64,000 nucleotides of DNA from Candidatus Omnitrophota bacterium (GCA_022703055.1 JAKLEP010000001.1:90850-154849); one strand, 5' to 3'; counted from the stretch's first letter, positions 1 through 10,624 are shown. Numbers and translations are program-made. Notes: generated by a model not told the origin, from the sequence alone.

Positions 1-1545
1 ACAGGAACGCTTACACTTGATAAAATCGTTCTGGAGCGCCACTGCGATGTCGTACGACAAGAAAATGAAGATGTTTTGAGGCTTGCTTATATAAATAGTT
101 TCTACCAGACAGGGCTTAAGAATATTTTGGATCGGGCGATTTTAAAACACGAAAAATTATTGGTCAAGCAATATAAAAAGATTGACGAGATACCTTTTGA
201 TTTTTCCCGAAAGTTAATGTCGGTAGTTGTAGATATGGAAAGTAAGCATAAACTTATCGTCAAAGGCGCTCCAGAAGAGATTTTTAAAAGATGCACCAAA
301 TACGAATTGGATGGCGAAGTCTTCGAGATGGAAGATCTAATCCTATCTGACCTGAAAGAAGAATACGATAATTTAAGCGCGGAGGGTTTCAGGGTTTTGG
401 CTGTTGGCTATAAAGACACGGACAACAAAAAGAATAGTTATTCCAAAAACGATGAACAAGATCTGATTCTTCAAGGTTATATGGCTTTTCTTGATCCCCC
501 CAAGCCTACCGTTAAAAAAGCGATTGAGGCTCTAAAGAAGCTAGGTATAGACTTTAAGGTTTTAACCGGCGATAATGAATTGGTTACCAAGAAAATCTGC
601 AGCGAAGTTGGGCTAGATGTTAAAGGGCTTGTTATTGGAGACGAGGTAGAGAAAGCGACGGATAGCAAACTTAAAGAATTAGTTAAGGCTACCAATGTTT
701 TTGCCAGGCTATCTCCTTTACAGAAGGAGAGGGTAATCCATGCTCTTCACGAAAACGGCCATATTGTGGGTTACTTAGGTGACGGGATAAATGATGCTCC
801 AGCCTTAAAGGCATCAGATGTTGGAATCTCGGTAAATAATGCGGTTGATATCGCTAAGGAATCAGCTGATATAATCTTGCTTAAGAAAAGCCTGATGGTT
901 TTAGAGGATGGAGTTATTGAGGGTAGAAAGACATTCGGCAATATCGTCAAATATATAAAGATGGGTTCAAGCTCGAATTTCGGTAACATGTTTAGCATGA
1001 CTGGCGGCAGCCTGTTTCTGCCGTTTTTGCCGATGCTGCCCATACAGATTCTTTTAAATAATTTTCTTTATGATATTTCTCAGGTTGCTATTCCTACCGA
1101 CGAAGTTGATAGAGAATATATCGCCAAGCCTAGACAATGGAATGTTAACTATATCAAGAAATTTATGATTATCATTGGGCCGATTAGTTCAATTTATGAT
1201 TTTCTGACCTATGGAGTTATGCTTTTTATTTTTCATGCCCAAGCTGCACTTTTTCACACAGGTTGGTTTATCGAATCGCTCTGCACCCAGACTTTGGTTA
1301 TCCATGTCATCCGTACGGGAAAAATTCCTTTTATTGAGAGCCGGCCCAGCAGGTTTTTGATTTTGACTTCCATTCTTATAGTCTCGATAGGAATTTTTAT
1401 TCCGTTTTCCCCTCTTGCCAAAGCTTTTGGCTTTGTTGCTCCTCCTCCTATGTATTTTGTCGCACTATTTCTTATGGTGACTACCTATTTATTTTTTGTG
1501 CAGAAAGTAAAGAAGTGGTTCATAGGAAAATATGGATATGAATAG
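1..1545 (+). CDS. mgtA: Mg2+-transporting P-type ATPase, C-terminal ~514 aa (5' end outside the window)
   Basis: Frame 1 is open from base 1 and reads TGTLTLDKIVLE, the tail of the P-type phosphorylation motif DKTGTLT. A GDGINDAPALK hinge motif and C-terminal TM helices follow. The ORF-track start at 76 is an internal codon. Confidence 0.85.
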   Translation, partial: TGTLTLDKIVLERHCDVVRQENEDVLRLAYINSFYQTGLKNILDRAILKHEKLLVKQYKKIDEIPFDFSRKLMSVVVDMESKHKLIVKGAPEEIFKRCTKYELDGEVFEMEDLILSDLKEEYDNLSAEGFRVLAVGYKDTDNKKNSYSKNDEQDLILQGYMAFLDPPKPTVKKAIEALKKLGIDFKVLTGDNELVTKKICSEVGLDVKGLVIGDEVEKATDSKLKELVKATNVFARLSPLQKERVIHALHENGHIVGYLGDGINDAPALKASDVGISVNNAVDIAKESADIILLKKSLMVLEDGVIEGRKTFGNIVKYIKMGSSSNFGNMFSMTGGSLFLPFLPMLPIQILLNNFLYDISQVAIPTDEVDREYIAKPRQWNVNYIKKFMIIIGPISSIYDFLTYGVMLFIFHAQAALFHTGWFIESLCTQTLVIHVIRTGKIPFIESRPSRFLILTSILIVSIGIFIPFSPLAKAFGFVAPPPMYFVALFLMVTTYLFFVQKVKKWFIGKYGYE

Positions 1546-1553
1546 GTAAATTA

Positions 1554-3083
1554 TTAAAACCAGAGATTTCTGTCCAGTGAACGATATTGTATTGCTTCCG
1601 AGATATGTTCTGACCTGATTTCTGAGCTGCCCGCCAAGTCTGCGATCGTGCGGCTGATTTTCAGGATTTTGTCATAAGCACGAGCGGAAAATCCCAATTC
1701 ATTTATCGCCATTTTAATTAGTTGCTTGGCTTCTTCATTAATAGCGCAATATTTTTTAATCTGGCGGTGGTTCATCTGGCTGTTAGAATGTATGTTGTTG
1801 GCAAATCTTTCTTGTTGGATTTTTCGCGCCAGGTTTATTCGTGATTTGATTACCGCCGAAGCCTCGGCCGCCTGCTCGCATGCAAGGTCTTTATAAGCAA
1901 GGGAAGGCACCTCAATATGCAAATCAATCCTGTCTAAAAGCGGACCGGAGATTTTTGAAAGATATTGGTGAATTTTTGTAGGCGTGCAGCGGCATTGTTT
2001 TCTAGGGTCAGTGAAAAATCCGCACGGACAGGGGTTCATCGCTGCCACAAGCATAAACTTTGCCGGAAAATTTAAAGATTTTGCAGCCCGTGAGACCGTG
2101 ACGAATCCGTCTTCCAAGGGCTGTCTTAATGCTTCGAGCACATCCCGGTGGAATTCAGGAAGTTCGTCTAAAAACAGCACTCCGTTATGAGCCAGGCTTA
2201 TTTCGCCGGGCTTAGGATTTGATCCTCCACCGACAAGAGCGATATCGGAACAGGTATGGTGCGGAGCCCTAAAGGGGCGATTGGCAATAATCCCTGTCTT
2301 GTGCGGTACCATGCCCAGTATCGAATGAATCTTAGTGGTTTCCAGGGCTTCAGCCAGATTCATGTCTGGAAGTATAGTAGGGATGCGCTGTGCCAACATA
2401 GTCTTGCCGCTTCCCGGGGGGCCAATTAAGAGGACATTGTGTCCACCGGCGACAGCCACCTCCAGGGCGCGTTTGACGTGCAGCTGGCCTTTTACTTCCG
2501 CAAAGTCTACTTCGTAGTGTCGGGATTGGCTTAAGATTTCCTTGGCATTTATCTTAACGGACCGAATTGAGTCATTATTGTGCAGGAAGTTGACTACATC
2601 TTGGAGATTTTTTACCGGGTAAATATCAATGTTGTCCACCAGGGCGGCTTCTGTCGCATTGTCTTGGGGAAGCATAGCTGAGTGAAATCTAGTTTTTGAG
2701 ATTGACAAAGCCAGTGGTAGGCTGCCATTTACTAATCTTACAGTGCCATCCAATGCCAATTCACCTAAAATGACGAAATCTTTGAGTTTTTCTTTATCAA
2801 TCTGTTCGGTCGCGGCAAGTATGCCCAAAGCTATGGCTAAATCAAAGAGAGGGCCTTCCTTTTTGATGTCTGCTGGGGCGAGGCTGACCGTAATCCGATC
2901 GGCAGGATAAGTATAGCCGCTGTTTTTGATTGCGGACCTGACTCGTTCGCGGCTTTCCTTAACTGCATTATCTGGGAGGCCGACGATGACAAAGGTAGGC
3001 AGGCCACGGGTTATGTCTACCTCGATCTCTACCGGGAAGCCGTCCAGCCCAGATAGTCCGAAACTGTAACATTTAGATAGCAT
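1554..3083 (-). CDS. comM: YifB/ComM family Mg-chelatase-like ATPase
   Basis: 509 aa. N-terminal Lon-protease-like domain (GLDGFPVEIEVDI, LAPADIKKEGPLFDLAIA), Walker A GPPGSGKT, and LFLDELPEF (Walker B region). Typical ComM length. Confidence 0.9.
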   Translation of the reverse strand: MLSKCYSFGLSGLDGFPVEIEVDITRGLPTFVIVGLPDNAVKESRERVRSAIKNSGYTYPADRITVSLAPADIKKEGPLFDLAIALGILAATEQIDKEKLKDFVILGELALDGTVRLVNGSLPLALSISKTRFHSAMLPQDNATEAALVDNIDIYPVKNLQDVVNFLHNNDSIRSVKINAKEILSQSRHYEVDFAEVKGQLHVKRALEVAVAGGHNVLLIGPPGSGKTMLAQRIPTILPDMNLAEALETTKIHSILGMVPHKTGIIANRPFRAPHHTCSDIALVGGGSNPKPGEISLAHNGVLFLDELPEFHRDVLEALRQPLEDGFVTVSRAAKSLNFPAKFMLVAAMNPCPCGFFTDPRKQCRCTPTKIHQYLSKISGPLLDRIDLHIEVPSLAYKDLACEQAAEASAVIKSRINLARKIQQERFANNIHSNSQMNHRQIKKYCAINEEAKQLIKMAINELGFSARAYDKILKISRTIADLAGSSEIRSEHISEAIQYRSLDRNLWF

Positions 3084-3186
3084 TTGTGTTAGATTAAATT
3101 AATGAGGCTGGATGGAACGAATTTCTGGTTTGGTTAATCCTGAAGAGGACTTTTGTGGTTTAAATACTGATACAACAACAAAAAAC

Positions 3187-3214
3187 TTGCCTTTTTAACG
3201 AGCTGTATTATAAT
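3187..3214 (+). promoter_or_regulatory. sigma70-like promoter (TTGCCT, 16-nt spacer, TATAAT)
   Basis: -35 at 3187-3192 and a consensus -10 at 3209-3214, 62 nt upstream of the 3276 ATG. Confidence 0.5.
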
Positions 3215-3275
3215 ATGTGGTAAGCTTAACACGATTTTTGTGTTAAGTCAAGCCAAATTAAGAAAGGAACAATAA

Positions 3276-3878
3276 ATGAAGAAATTCTTTACTACCCTTT
3301 TTGTCTTTTTAATCATAGCCTTTTCTATTTTTTCCTTTTTCCGCTATTTTACCCTTTTAAAGATAAATTATAGCCTGGAACAAAAAATAAACGAGATAAA
3401 CACCAAGATAGCCGAATTAGAGTCTACCAAGAAAAATCTAGAAATAGTTTTGGATAAGAAGAAAGAAGAATACCTGGCGCTTTCTAAAGAAAACCAGGAT
3501 TTATTAGCTAAGCTTCAGGATACCGAGAAGAAGTTGAATGATAAAAATGCCGAGCTAGAAACTTTCAAAAAAGAATCTCAAGATGCTACAGCAAAAATAG
3601 AGAGTTTAAATAATGAATATGTTAAATTGCAGGAAGAGATTAAGCAGTTGCAGCAGGAAAAAGAAACTCTCCAGTCCAAATTCAATTCCTTGCCGGAGCT
3701 GAAAGAAGCATATGACATATTGAAGAAGAAGTTGCGTGAGGCTAAATTGGCACAGCGGAAAACCAAGACTTACAAAGAGATAAAAGAGGAAGACGGTAAT
3801 AAAGGTTTTTTGCTTTGGCAGGGCGAACCCACCGTCGCAAAAAAAGTTAAAATCGAAGTAGCCCCAGTTTCCGAATAG
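3276..3878 (+). CDS. hypothetical membrane-anchored coiled-coil protein
   Basis: 200 aa. One N-terminal TM helix, then a long K/E/L/Q-rich heptad-like region. AAAGGA RBS upstream. No recognisable enzymatic motif. Confidence 0.6.
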   Translation: MKKFFTTLFVFLIIAFSIFSFFRYFTLLKINYSLEQKINEINTKIAELESTKKNLEIVLDKKKEEYLALSKENQDLLAKLQDTEKKLNDKNAELETFKKESQDATAKIESLNNEYVKLQEEIKQLQQEKETLQSKFNSLPELKEAYDILKKKLREAKLAQRKTKTYKEIKEEDGNKGFLLWQGEPTVAKKVKIEVAPVSE

Positions 3879-4325
3879 ATGAATCAATTTATTTTACCTT
3901 TACTAAAAAACAAGATTCTGTGGATAACGTTGTCTGCTTGGTTTATCGCCCAGACTATTAAGGTCATTTTGGGCGTAGTCAGGGAGAAGAGATTTAATTT
4001 CAGATGGTTCATTGGAACCGGCGGGATGCCTTCAAGCCATGCTGCCGGAGTAAGTGCTCTTGCCACAACTTGCGGTTTAAATATCGGATTTGATACAGTG
4101 ATTTTTGCGATGGCCGTGGTCTTCGCTATCGTTACGATGTTTGACGCCCAGGGTGTCAGGCGTTCCACTGGGCAGCAGGCGGAGATATTGAATAAAATTA
4201 TGGACGATATATATTGGCGCGGCAAAATCGAAGAAAGCCGGCTTAAGGAACTTATAGGCCATACGCCAATCGAAGTGATTATAGGTTCGATTCTAGGGAT
4301 CCTTATCGCCCTAGCCCTTCAATAA
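3879..4325 (+). CDS. divergent PAP2 / DUF212 (YuiD-like) membrane protein
   Basis: 148 aa. GGMPSSHAA and FDAQGVRR motifs typical of the acid phosphatase/vanadium-haloperoxidase-related DUF212 family. The ATG abuts the preceding stop. Confidence 0.75.
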   Translation: MNQFILPLLKNKILWITLSAWFIAQTIKVILGVVREKRFNFRWFIGTGGMPSSHAAGVSALATTCGLNIGFDTVIFAMAVVFAIVTMFDAQGVRRSTGQQAEILNKIMDDIYWRGKIEESRLKELIGHTPIEVIIGSILGILIALALQ

Positions 4326-4337
4326 CAAAAGGAGAAC

Positions 4338-5153
4338 ATGAAGAATTTGAAGATTATTGGAATTTCATTGGCAGCGCTTATTTTATTAATCGTGATAATC
4401 GGATTTATTTTTAAACACAAAGGTTCATCCCAATCAAGAATATCTGCAGGGTTTGCCGCGGAGCTTAACAGCCAGGCTGATAATCTTTTAAAAGACGGGA
4501 AGCTTCTTGAGGCGCAGGAAATATATAAGAAAATCATAACGGATTCGCCGGATTTCAAGGATATCGCCCAGGTTGAGAAGAAACTCCAAGGCCTGAACAT
4601 AAAGATACTTTTCTCTCGCCTAGAAACGCCTCAGACAACTATCTACGAGGTCAAATCTGGAGATTCATTGGCAAAAATCGCGCAAAAATTCAACACACCG
4701 GTTGAACTCATCAAGAAATCAAATGGTCTTTCTTCCGATGTGATAAAAGCAGGAGATAAATTGAGGATTTGGACCGGTAAATTCTCCTGTGTTGTAGATA
4801 AGTCCCAGAATATACTTACCTTAAAATCAAATGATGAAGTATTCAAAGTTTATGCCGTTTCTACCGGGGCTAATAACCATACTCCCGTCGGCAACTACAA
4901 GATAATAAATAAATTAGTCAATCCAGTTTGGTACAAAGACGGCGGCCAGGCCATCCCTCCAGAAAGCCCGGAGAATATATTAGGAACGCGCTGGATGGGT
5001 TTTGATATTCCAGAATATGGCATCCACGGCACAACCGAGCCCGAATCTATCGGGAAACAAGCCACGAAGGGTTGTGTGCGTATGCTAAATAAAGACGTAG
5101 AAGAACTTTATTCTATCTTACCTGTTGGCACGGAAGTGACCATAATCGACTAA
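4338..5153 (+). CDS. LysM domain-containing L,D-transpeptidase (YkuD family)
   Basis: 271 aa. Signal anchor, LysM ([17 protein letters not shown]), and a YkuD catalytic region ending in HGT...GCVRM. AAGGAG RBS. Confidence 0.85.
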   Translation: MKNLKIIGISLAALILLIVIIGFIFKHKGSSQSRISAGFAAELNSQADNLLKDGKLLEAQEIYKKIITDSPDFKDIAQVEKKLQGLNIKILFSRLETPQTTIYEVKSGDSLAKIAQKFNTPVELIKKSNGLSSDVIKAGDKLRIWTGKFSCVVDKSQNILTLKSNDEVFKVYAVSTGANNHTPVGNYKIINKLVNPVWYKDGGQAIPPESPENILGTRWMGFDIPEYGIHGTTEPESIGKQATKGCVRMLNKDVEELYSILPVGTEVTIID

Positions 5154-5172
5154 TCCAATCTTAAAAAATAAT

Positions 5173-6123
5173 ATGCACCGTTTAGATTTTGAAAAACCAA
5201 TAGCGGAATTAGAGAGAAAGATCGAGGAATTAAAATCTTTTACTTCCAATAAGAAGATAGATTTGGGTTCCGAGATAAAAAATCTAGAGGAGAAACTCGC
5301 TAAATTAAGAAAAGATACTTATGGTAATCTTTCTGCCTGGCAGAGGGTGCAGATAGCTAGGCACCCCAAGCGGCCATACACCATGGATTATATACAGTTA
5401 TTAATGACGGATTTTATCGAGCTTCACGGCGATAGGCTTTTTGCCGATGACCAGGCGATTATCGGAGGCGTGGCAAAATTTAACGGCAACAAAGTTATGG
5501 TTATGGGTCATCAAAAAGGACGTGACACCAAGGAAAACCTGAGGCGTAATTTTGGCTGTGCCCATCCCGAAGGTTACAGGAAGGCCTTGAGGCTTATGAA
5601 AATGGCCCAAAGATTTAATCTACCAGTCATTACCTTGATTGATACGCCAGGCGCTTATCCCGGAGTTGACGCCGAGGAGAGAGGCCAAGCTCAAGCCATT
5701 GCCACCAATCTTAAAGAAATGATTGATATTGCCGTCCCGATAGTGGTAATCGTAATCGGCGAAGGCGGAAGCGGCGGGGCAATCGGTTTGGGAGTGGGGG
5801 ATAAAGTTTGTCTTTTGGAAAATGCTTATTATTCGGTTATTTCTCCCGAAGGCTGCGCTTCGATTCTGTGGAGAAATAGCGCTAAGGCTCCTGAGGCTTC
5901 CGAGACGCTCAAGCTTACAGCCAAAGATTTGTTAAATCTTGGGATTATCGATGAAATTATCTCTGAGCCTTTGGGCGGGGCTCATCGTGATCCTGAAAAG
6001 GCAGCCAAGAATTTAGGCGATACTTTAAAAAGAAATTTGGACGAGCTGATCAAAATCCCCAAAGAAAGGCTGCTGCAGCTGCGTTATGAAAAATTCAGGA
6101 AAATGGGGATTTTCAAAGAATAG
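5173..6123 (+). CDS. accA: acetyl-CoA carboxylase carboxyltransferase alpha subunit
   Basis: 316 aa. Canonical AccA N-terminus [17 protein letters not shown], plus RPYTMDYI and the GEGGSGGA glycine motif. Confidence 0.9.
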   Translation: MHRLDFEKPIAELERKIEELKSFTSNKKIDLGSEIKNLEEKLAKLRKDTYGNLSAWQRVQIARHPKRPYTMDYIQLLMTDFIELHGDRLFADDQAIIGGVAKFNGNKVMVMGHQKGRDTKENLRRNFGCAHPEGYRKALRLMKMAQRFNLPVITLIDTPGAYPGVDAEERGQAQAIATNLKEMIDIAVPIVVIVIGEGGSGGAIGLGVGDKVCLLENAYYSVISPEGCASILWRNSAKAPEASETLKLTAKDLLNLGIIDEIISEPLGGAHRDPEKAAKNLGDTLKRNLDELIKIPKERLLQLRYEKFRKMGIFKE

Positions 6124-6648
6124 ATGGAACCTATACAGAAATTAGTTATCCTGGGATTGTTAAAAGAAGGCCCTAAACACGGTTATAAGATAAAAAGCGA
6201 GATAAATAAGATAAGTGATATATTCGCCTTGGATAACAAATCGATTTACTACCCTTTAAGAATTATGGAAAAACAGGGTCTTTTGGCGAAAACCAAGGAC
6301 CGGCTGGGCAAGCGCCCGGAAAAATACGTTTATAGGCTGACCCCGCAAGGCGAAAGACAGTTTCAGGTGCTTCTAAATAAGAGTTTCTTATCCATCCGCA
6401 GGCCCACCTTTGATATCGATGTTGCTCTTTTTTTCCTGCCCTACATAAAACCCCAGGCTTTCAAACACAGCCTGTCTTTGAGGGAAAGGGTGCTAAAAAG
6501 GATAGAGAAGAGCATGAAAAGTATGGTTAGTGCTTCTGCCAAGAAATTCAACGCCCGTCATCTGGCCATAATCCAGCATAATTTAGACTTAATCGCAACC
6601 GAAATTAAGTTCCTTAACAACCTATCCAACATTCTCAAGAAGGCTTAA
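6124..6648 (+). CDS. PadR family transcriptional regulator
   Basis: 174 aa. Winged-helix N-terminus (GPKHGYKIKSEI...YYPLRIMEKQGLL) typical of PadR, with a longer C-terminal helical domain. Confidence 0.8.
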   Translation: MEPIQKLVILGLLKEGPKHGYKIKSEINKISDIFALDNKSIYYPLRIMEKQGLLAKTKDRLGKRPEKYVYRLTPQGERQFQVLLNKSFLSIRRPTFDIDVALFFLPYIKPQAFKHSLSLRERVLKRIEKSMKSMVSASAKKFNARHLAIIQHNLDLIATEIKFLNNLSNILKKA

Positions 6649-6708
6649 GCCATAATCGTTATAACTTAAAGAATATCAAGGGTTTTTCTTTTAAAGAAAA
6701 CAAATTTC

Positions 6709-6736
6709 TTGACAAATTAGCCTTAATAAATATAAT
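6709..6736 (+). promoter_or_regulatory. near-consensus sigma70 promoter (TTGACA, 16-nt spacer, TATAAT)
   Basis: TTGACA at 6709-6714 and TATAAT at 6731-6736, in the 144-nt gap between padR and the acyl-CoA ligase gene. Confidence 0.7.
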
Positions 6737-6745
6737 TAAATTAAT

Positions 6746-6763
6746 ATAGTAAAATTTTACTAT
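6746..6763. promoter_or_regulatory. perfect 18-bp palindrome ATAGTAAAATTTTACTAT, candidate PadR operator
   Basis: Self-complementary over all 18 nt. Starts 10 nt after the -10 hexamer, so it covers the expected transcription start. The TAGT-N8-ACTA layout parallels the ATGT-N8-ACAT sites of PadR-family regulators. Confidence 0.55.
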
Positions 6764-6792
6764 TCTCGCCATCATCTATCATAACGAAAATA

Positions 6793-8295
6793 ATGGATAT
6801 AGCAAAAATTCTGGTCAAAACGGCAGAAAAATTCCCCAAGAAACCCGCGGTTATCTTCAAAGGTCAATCCATTTCTTTTCTTGAGTTAAAAAACAAATCT
6901 TTTCAACTGGCAAATAGCTTTGGAAAACTTGGCATAAAAAAAGGCGATAAAGTAGCAATTTACCTTCCTCAGTGGCCGGAATACGTAATTAGTTATCTGG
7001 CATTTTTCTCTTTAGGCGCAACGGTTGTGCCGTTAGATTTTCTTTTGACCATAGATGAATTGGTCTCTTGCCTGGCGCATTCAGAGACAAAATTATTGGT
7101 TGCCTGCTCTAAGGAAGGGTTATCCTTTGACGAACTCAAAAAAAAGGTCCCTACCTTAAAGAATGTCGTTTTAGCTAAAGAAAAAAAGGAAGGTTTTTTT
7201 AATTTGGAAGAACTGATTGAGGACGGGACTCCGCAGCCGCCAGGCGTGGAGATAAAAGACGAAGATTACGCGGTGATTATGTACACCTCTGGGTCAACTG
7301 GAAGGCCAAAGGGAGTTATAAAGACCTATCGTAATATCGAAGGCTCGACTATGGCAATGGTTCCTACGGTCAATTTAGACGATAAAGACGTAACGATTTG
7401 CTGCCTGCCTTTCTCCCATGACGGCGGCTTCATATATATATTAGCCAATATTTACTACGGCGCTACCTTCATCATCATGGAGCGGTTCGTTCCTGTCGAA
7501 TTTCTGAAAAATATACAGGATTACAAAGCGACATTTTTCTGGCTCGTTCCGTCTATGTATTATGCCCTGCTGCACATTAAAGAGTTTGAGAAATTCGATT
7601 TAACCAGCATCACTAGAGTCGTTGTGTTTGGCGCTCCCAGCTCGCCGGTTTTATTAAGAAGATTTCATCAGTATTGCCCTAATTCTGCCTTTTTGAACGG
7701 CTGGGGCATGACAGAGACCATGGGTCCGACGATAGTCTTACCTATGGGTTCGGATAATTTAGCCAGCATCGGTAAACCTATGCCGTGGGTAGAAGTTAAA
7801 ATCGTTGACGATAATGATAAAGAACTACCAAGAGGTTCTGTCGGAGAGTTGACAGTAAAGAGCTGGATAGTGATGGCAGGTTACTATAAAGACCCGCAAT
7901 TGACCGCAGAAGTTATGCGTAACGGCTGGTTATATACCGGAGATTTGGCAAAGATTGATGATAACGGATTTGTTTATATCATGGGTAGAAAAAAAGAAAT
8001 GATTAAAGTCGGCGGCCAGCTTGTGTTTGCGCCGGAGGTAGAAGAGGCGCTACATAAACATCCAAAAGTTGCCGAGGCAGCTGTCATCGGTGTTGAAGAT
8101 AAGTTAAGAGGGGAAGTTCCCAAGGCTTTCATCGCTTTAAAACCGGGTCAGCAAGTTCTTGAGGAGGAAATGCGTTCTTTTGCCAAGGAGCACCTGGCAC
8201 ATTTTAAAGTCCCGCATTATTATGAATTCTGCGAAAACCTGCCTAAAAACCGCTCGGGCAAGGTTGATAAAGAATTGTTAAGGAGCAAAGTTTAA
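6793..8295 (+). CDS. AMP-dependent acyl-CoA synthetase/ligase (FadD-like)
   Basis: 500 aa. AMP-binding signature YTSGSTGRPKGV, GWGMTET, YTGDLA, and the C-terminal PKNRSGKV lysine motif. Confidence 0.85.
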   Translation: MDIAKILVKTAEKFPKKPAVIFKGQSISFLELKNKSFQLANSFGKLGIKKGDKVAIYLPQWPEYVISYLAFFSLGATVVPLDFLLTIDELVSCLAHSETKLLVACSKEGLSFDELKKKVPTLKNVVLAKEKKEGFFNLEELIEDGTPQPPGVEIKDEDYAVIMYTSGSTGRPKGVIKTYRNIEGSTMAMVPTVNLDDKDVTICCLPFSHDGGFIYILANIYYGATFIIMERFVPVEFLKNIQDYKATFFWLVPSMYYALLHIKEFEKFDLTSITRVVVFGAPSSPVLLRRFHQYCPNSAFLNGWGMTETMGPTIVLPMGSDNLASIGKPMPWVEVKIVDDNDKELPRGSVGELTVKSWIVMAGYYKDPQLTAEVMRNGWLYTGDLAKIDDNGFVYIMGRKKEMIKVGGQLVFAPEVEEALHKHPKVAEAAVIGVEDKLRGEVPKAFIALKPGQQVLEEEMRSFAKEHLAHFKVPHYYEFCENLPKNRSGKVDKELLRSKV

Positions 8296-8296
8296 C

Positions 8297-10624
8297 ATGC
8301 AGAAATTTCTCCATTGGTTTAGTCATGGTTTAATCAGATACCGATACGGTTTTTTATCGCTTTGTCTTGTCATTAGCCTATTTTTTGCTTATCAGTTAAA
8401 AGACCTTTCTTTTAAAACCAATTTGGGGGATTTTTATCCCTTGAAGCATCCTTATCTTAAGATCCAGAATCGGTTAGCCGAGATTTTCGGCGGGCTAAAT
8501 CAGGTCTCTATTGCTATCGAGGTGAAAGAAGGCTCGGTCCTTAATCCTGTTACCTTGGATAAAGTTTGGCAGATTACAAATAAGTTGTATCTGACCGAAG
8601 GTATCAATGCTAATCGAGTCGTTTCTTTATCGGCAAGAAAGGTCAAATACGTCGAGGCTAATGAAGAAGGGTTTAATACCCAGTGGTTGATGCACGATCC
8701 TCCCCAGAGCGCTGAGGAAATTGAAATACTCAAAGCTAAGATTTTGAGAAGCCCTATGGTTTACGGGTCGATGGTGTCAAAAGATTTTAAAGCTACTTTG
8801 ATCCAGGCAGATTTTGAGTCTGAAGTGTCGGCGCGTAAAATCTTTGATGAATTACAGGATATAAAGAAACAATTCGAGGATACAAATAATGTGATTTATA
8901 TTTCCGGCCAGCCGGTTTTGCAGGGCTGGCTCGATTTTTACCTGCCGCGCATCACCGGTTTGTTCGTTATTACTTTATTGGCGATGTCGTTTGTGCTACA
9001 TTTCGCGTTCAAGTCAAAGCGCGGAGTGTTCTTGCCTTTGGTTTCAGCGACGATGGCTACATTGTGGGGTTTAGGCATGACTGCAATGTGCGGTTTCAAG
9101 CTTACGCCGGCGACCGTGCTTGCTCCATTTCTGGTTTTTGCTCTTGGAGTCAGTCATTCGGTGCAGTATATCAAACTGTATTATGAATATTTGAGCAAGC
9201 ATAAACGGAATTCCAAGGCCGCGGCGATAAAAATCAGCCGTTCATTGTTTATACCGGCTTTTACGGGTTTGCTTACCGACGGTATCGGCCCGTTTGCATT
9301 GTTGACTGTTCCTTTAGGCATGGTAAGAAGTTTGGCTATCGCGATAGGTTTTGGCGTAATAAGCATATTTTTCAGCACGATAATTTTGGTGCCCAATGTG
9401 CTTTCTTTTATGAAGCCGCCAAAACGCCTTGAGGTTATCAAGGAAGAGCGGGCAACGTTAACCAACAGAATACTAGCTTATTTCGGGAAGCTGGCAGTGC
9501 ACAAAAAATCTCGCAACATAGTTATTGCCACATTTTTTATTTTAACTTTTGTTGCTGTCATCGGAGCAAGCCGGCTTGAGGTAGGAGACAAAAAACCAGG
9601 TACATCATTGCTTTATCCTGGCAGTCCTTATAATAAGGCGGAGAAATTTATCAGCGAGAGATTTGCCACCTCGGATCCTTACTATATCCTTGTTGAAGGA
9701 AAATCAGAGAATGCATTTTTTAGTAGTAGCGCTTTAAAAGAGATGGATAGTCTGCAGCGTTATTTGGAGAAAGAGGCAAAAGGCGTGGGCAGGACATTGT
9801 CCTTGGTTGAGTATGTGAAAGGCATGAATATGGTGATGTTTTCCGGAGACCGCAAGGAATTCAGGATTCCCGATAAGGACCAGACTATCGCAGAGTACAT
9901 GTTTTTATATTCTCTTACCGCCTTTCCCGGAGACTTTGATCCCGTGGTCAATTCAAATTATCAATACGCCAATATCAAGATTGATTTAAAAGACCATAAG
10001 GCGTCAACTATAAGAGATGCTTTGGCAAAAACCGCTGAATGGATTAAGTTAAACCATAAAGATGAAAATGTTTCTTTTAAATATGCCGGAGGCACTATCG
10101 GGATGCTGGCTGCGGTTAACCAGTTATTGGCCCCGATGCTTACCAAGAGTTCTCTCTCGACGACGTTTCTAGTATTTTTATGCCTGGTATTTGCCTACGG
10201 TTCGCTAGTTTCAGGATGGATTTTGATGATACCTTTGGTATTCCGCACTATGCTTGTCTTTGGAATATTAGGGTTTTTAAAAGTCGGTTTAACCGCCGAG
10301 ATGATTCCTATGGTTGCTTTAGGCATTGGTTTCGGCGACGATTTCGGAATTTATATTGTATCAAGGGTAAAAGAAGTTTTGCAGGAAGGAGGTGGTTCGT
10401 TAAAAGACGCAGTGATAGAGGCGATGTCTACTTCAGGTAAGGCCGTGTTTTTTACCGGCATGACTTTAGCTGTAGGCATAGCCACCTGGATGTCTTCCAG
10501 TATTCTCATGCAAGCGCGATTGGGTGCGCTTCTGGGATTTTTCATATTCTTTAACGCCATAGGCACACTCGTAGTTTTACCTTCGATGATTATGACCGTT
10601 AAGCCTAAATTTTTGAAAAAATAG
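8297..10624 (+). CDS. MMPL/RND-superfamily (HpnN-like) lipid transporter
   Basis: 775 aa. Two repeats of a TM bundle plus a large periplasmic loop (12-TM RND topology). SSD-like helices. The start is 1 nt after the ligase stop. Confidence 0.8.
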   Translation: MQKFLHWFSHGLIRYRYGFLSLCLVISLFFAYQLKDLSFKTNLGDFYPLKHPYLKIQNRLAEIFGGLNQVSIAIEVKEGSVLNPVTLDKVWQITNKLYLTEGINANRVVSLSARKVKYVEANEEGFNTQWLMHDPPQSAEEIEILKAKILRSPMVYGSMVSKDFKATLIQADFESEVSARKIFDELQDIKKQFEDTNNVIYISGQPVLQGWLDFYLPRITGLFVITLLAMSFVLHFAFKSKRGVFLPLVSATMATLWGLGMTAMCGFKLTPATVLAPFLVFALGVSHSVQYIKLYYEYLSKHKRNSKAAAIKISRSLFIPAFTGLLTDGIGPFALLTVPLGMVRSLAIAIGFGVISIFFSTIILVPNVLSFMKPPKRLEVIKEERATLTNRILAYFGKLAVHKKSRNIVIATFFILTFVAVIGASRLEVGDKKPGTSLLYPGSPYNKAEKFISERFATSDPYYILVEGKSENAFFSSSALKEMDSLQRYLEKEAKGVGRTLSLVEYVKGMNMVMFSGDRKEFRIPDKDQTIAEYMFLYSLTAFPGDFDPVVNSNYQYANIKIDLKDHKASTIRDALAKTAEWIKLNHKDENVSFKYAGGTIGMLAAVNQLLAPMLTKSSLSTTFLVFLCLVFAYGSLVSGWILMIPLVFRTMLVFGILGFLKVGLTAEMIPMVALGIGFGDDFGIYIVSRVKEVLQEGGGSLKDAVIEAMSTSGKAVFFTGMTLAVGIATWMSSSILMQARLGALLGFFIFFNAIGTLVVLPSMIMTVKPKFLKK

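Noticed and set aside
3224-3246. Hairpin/palindrome CTTAACAC-N7-GTGTTAAG in the 5' region of the coiled-coil gene; it contains the same hexamers as the nikR dyad
   Set aside because: Considered as a second NikR site, but the half-sites are everted (TAACAC...GTGTTA) and only 7 nt apart. This is incompatible with the N15-16 geometry expected for NikR. It is more simply a 5'-UTR stem-loop or chance. It could be revisited if NikR footprinting is done.
10180-10440. 86-aa + strand ORF in an alternative frame inside the MMPL gene (and similar ones at 48144-48419, 51575-51910, 36074-36379, 60640-60834)
   Set aside because: These are out-of-frame overlaps within strongly supported long CDS. They are Arg/Cys-rich translations with no RBS.
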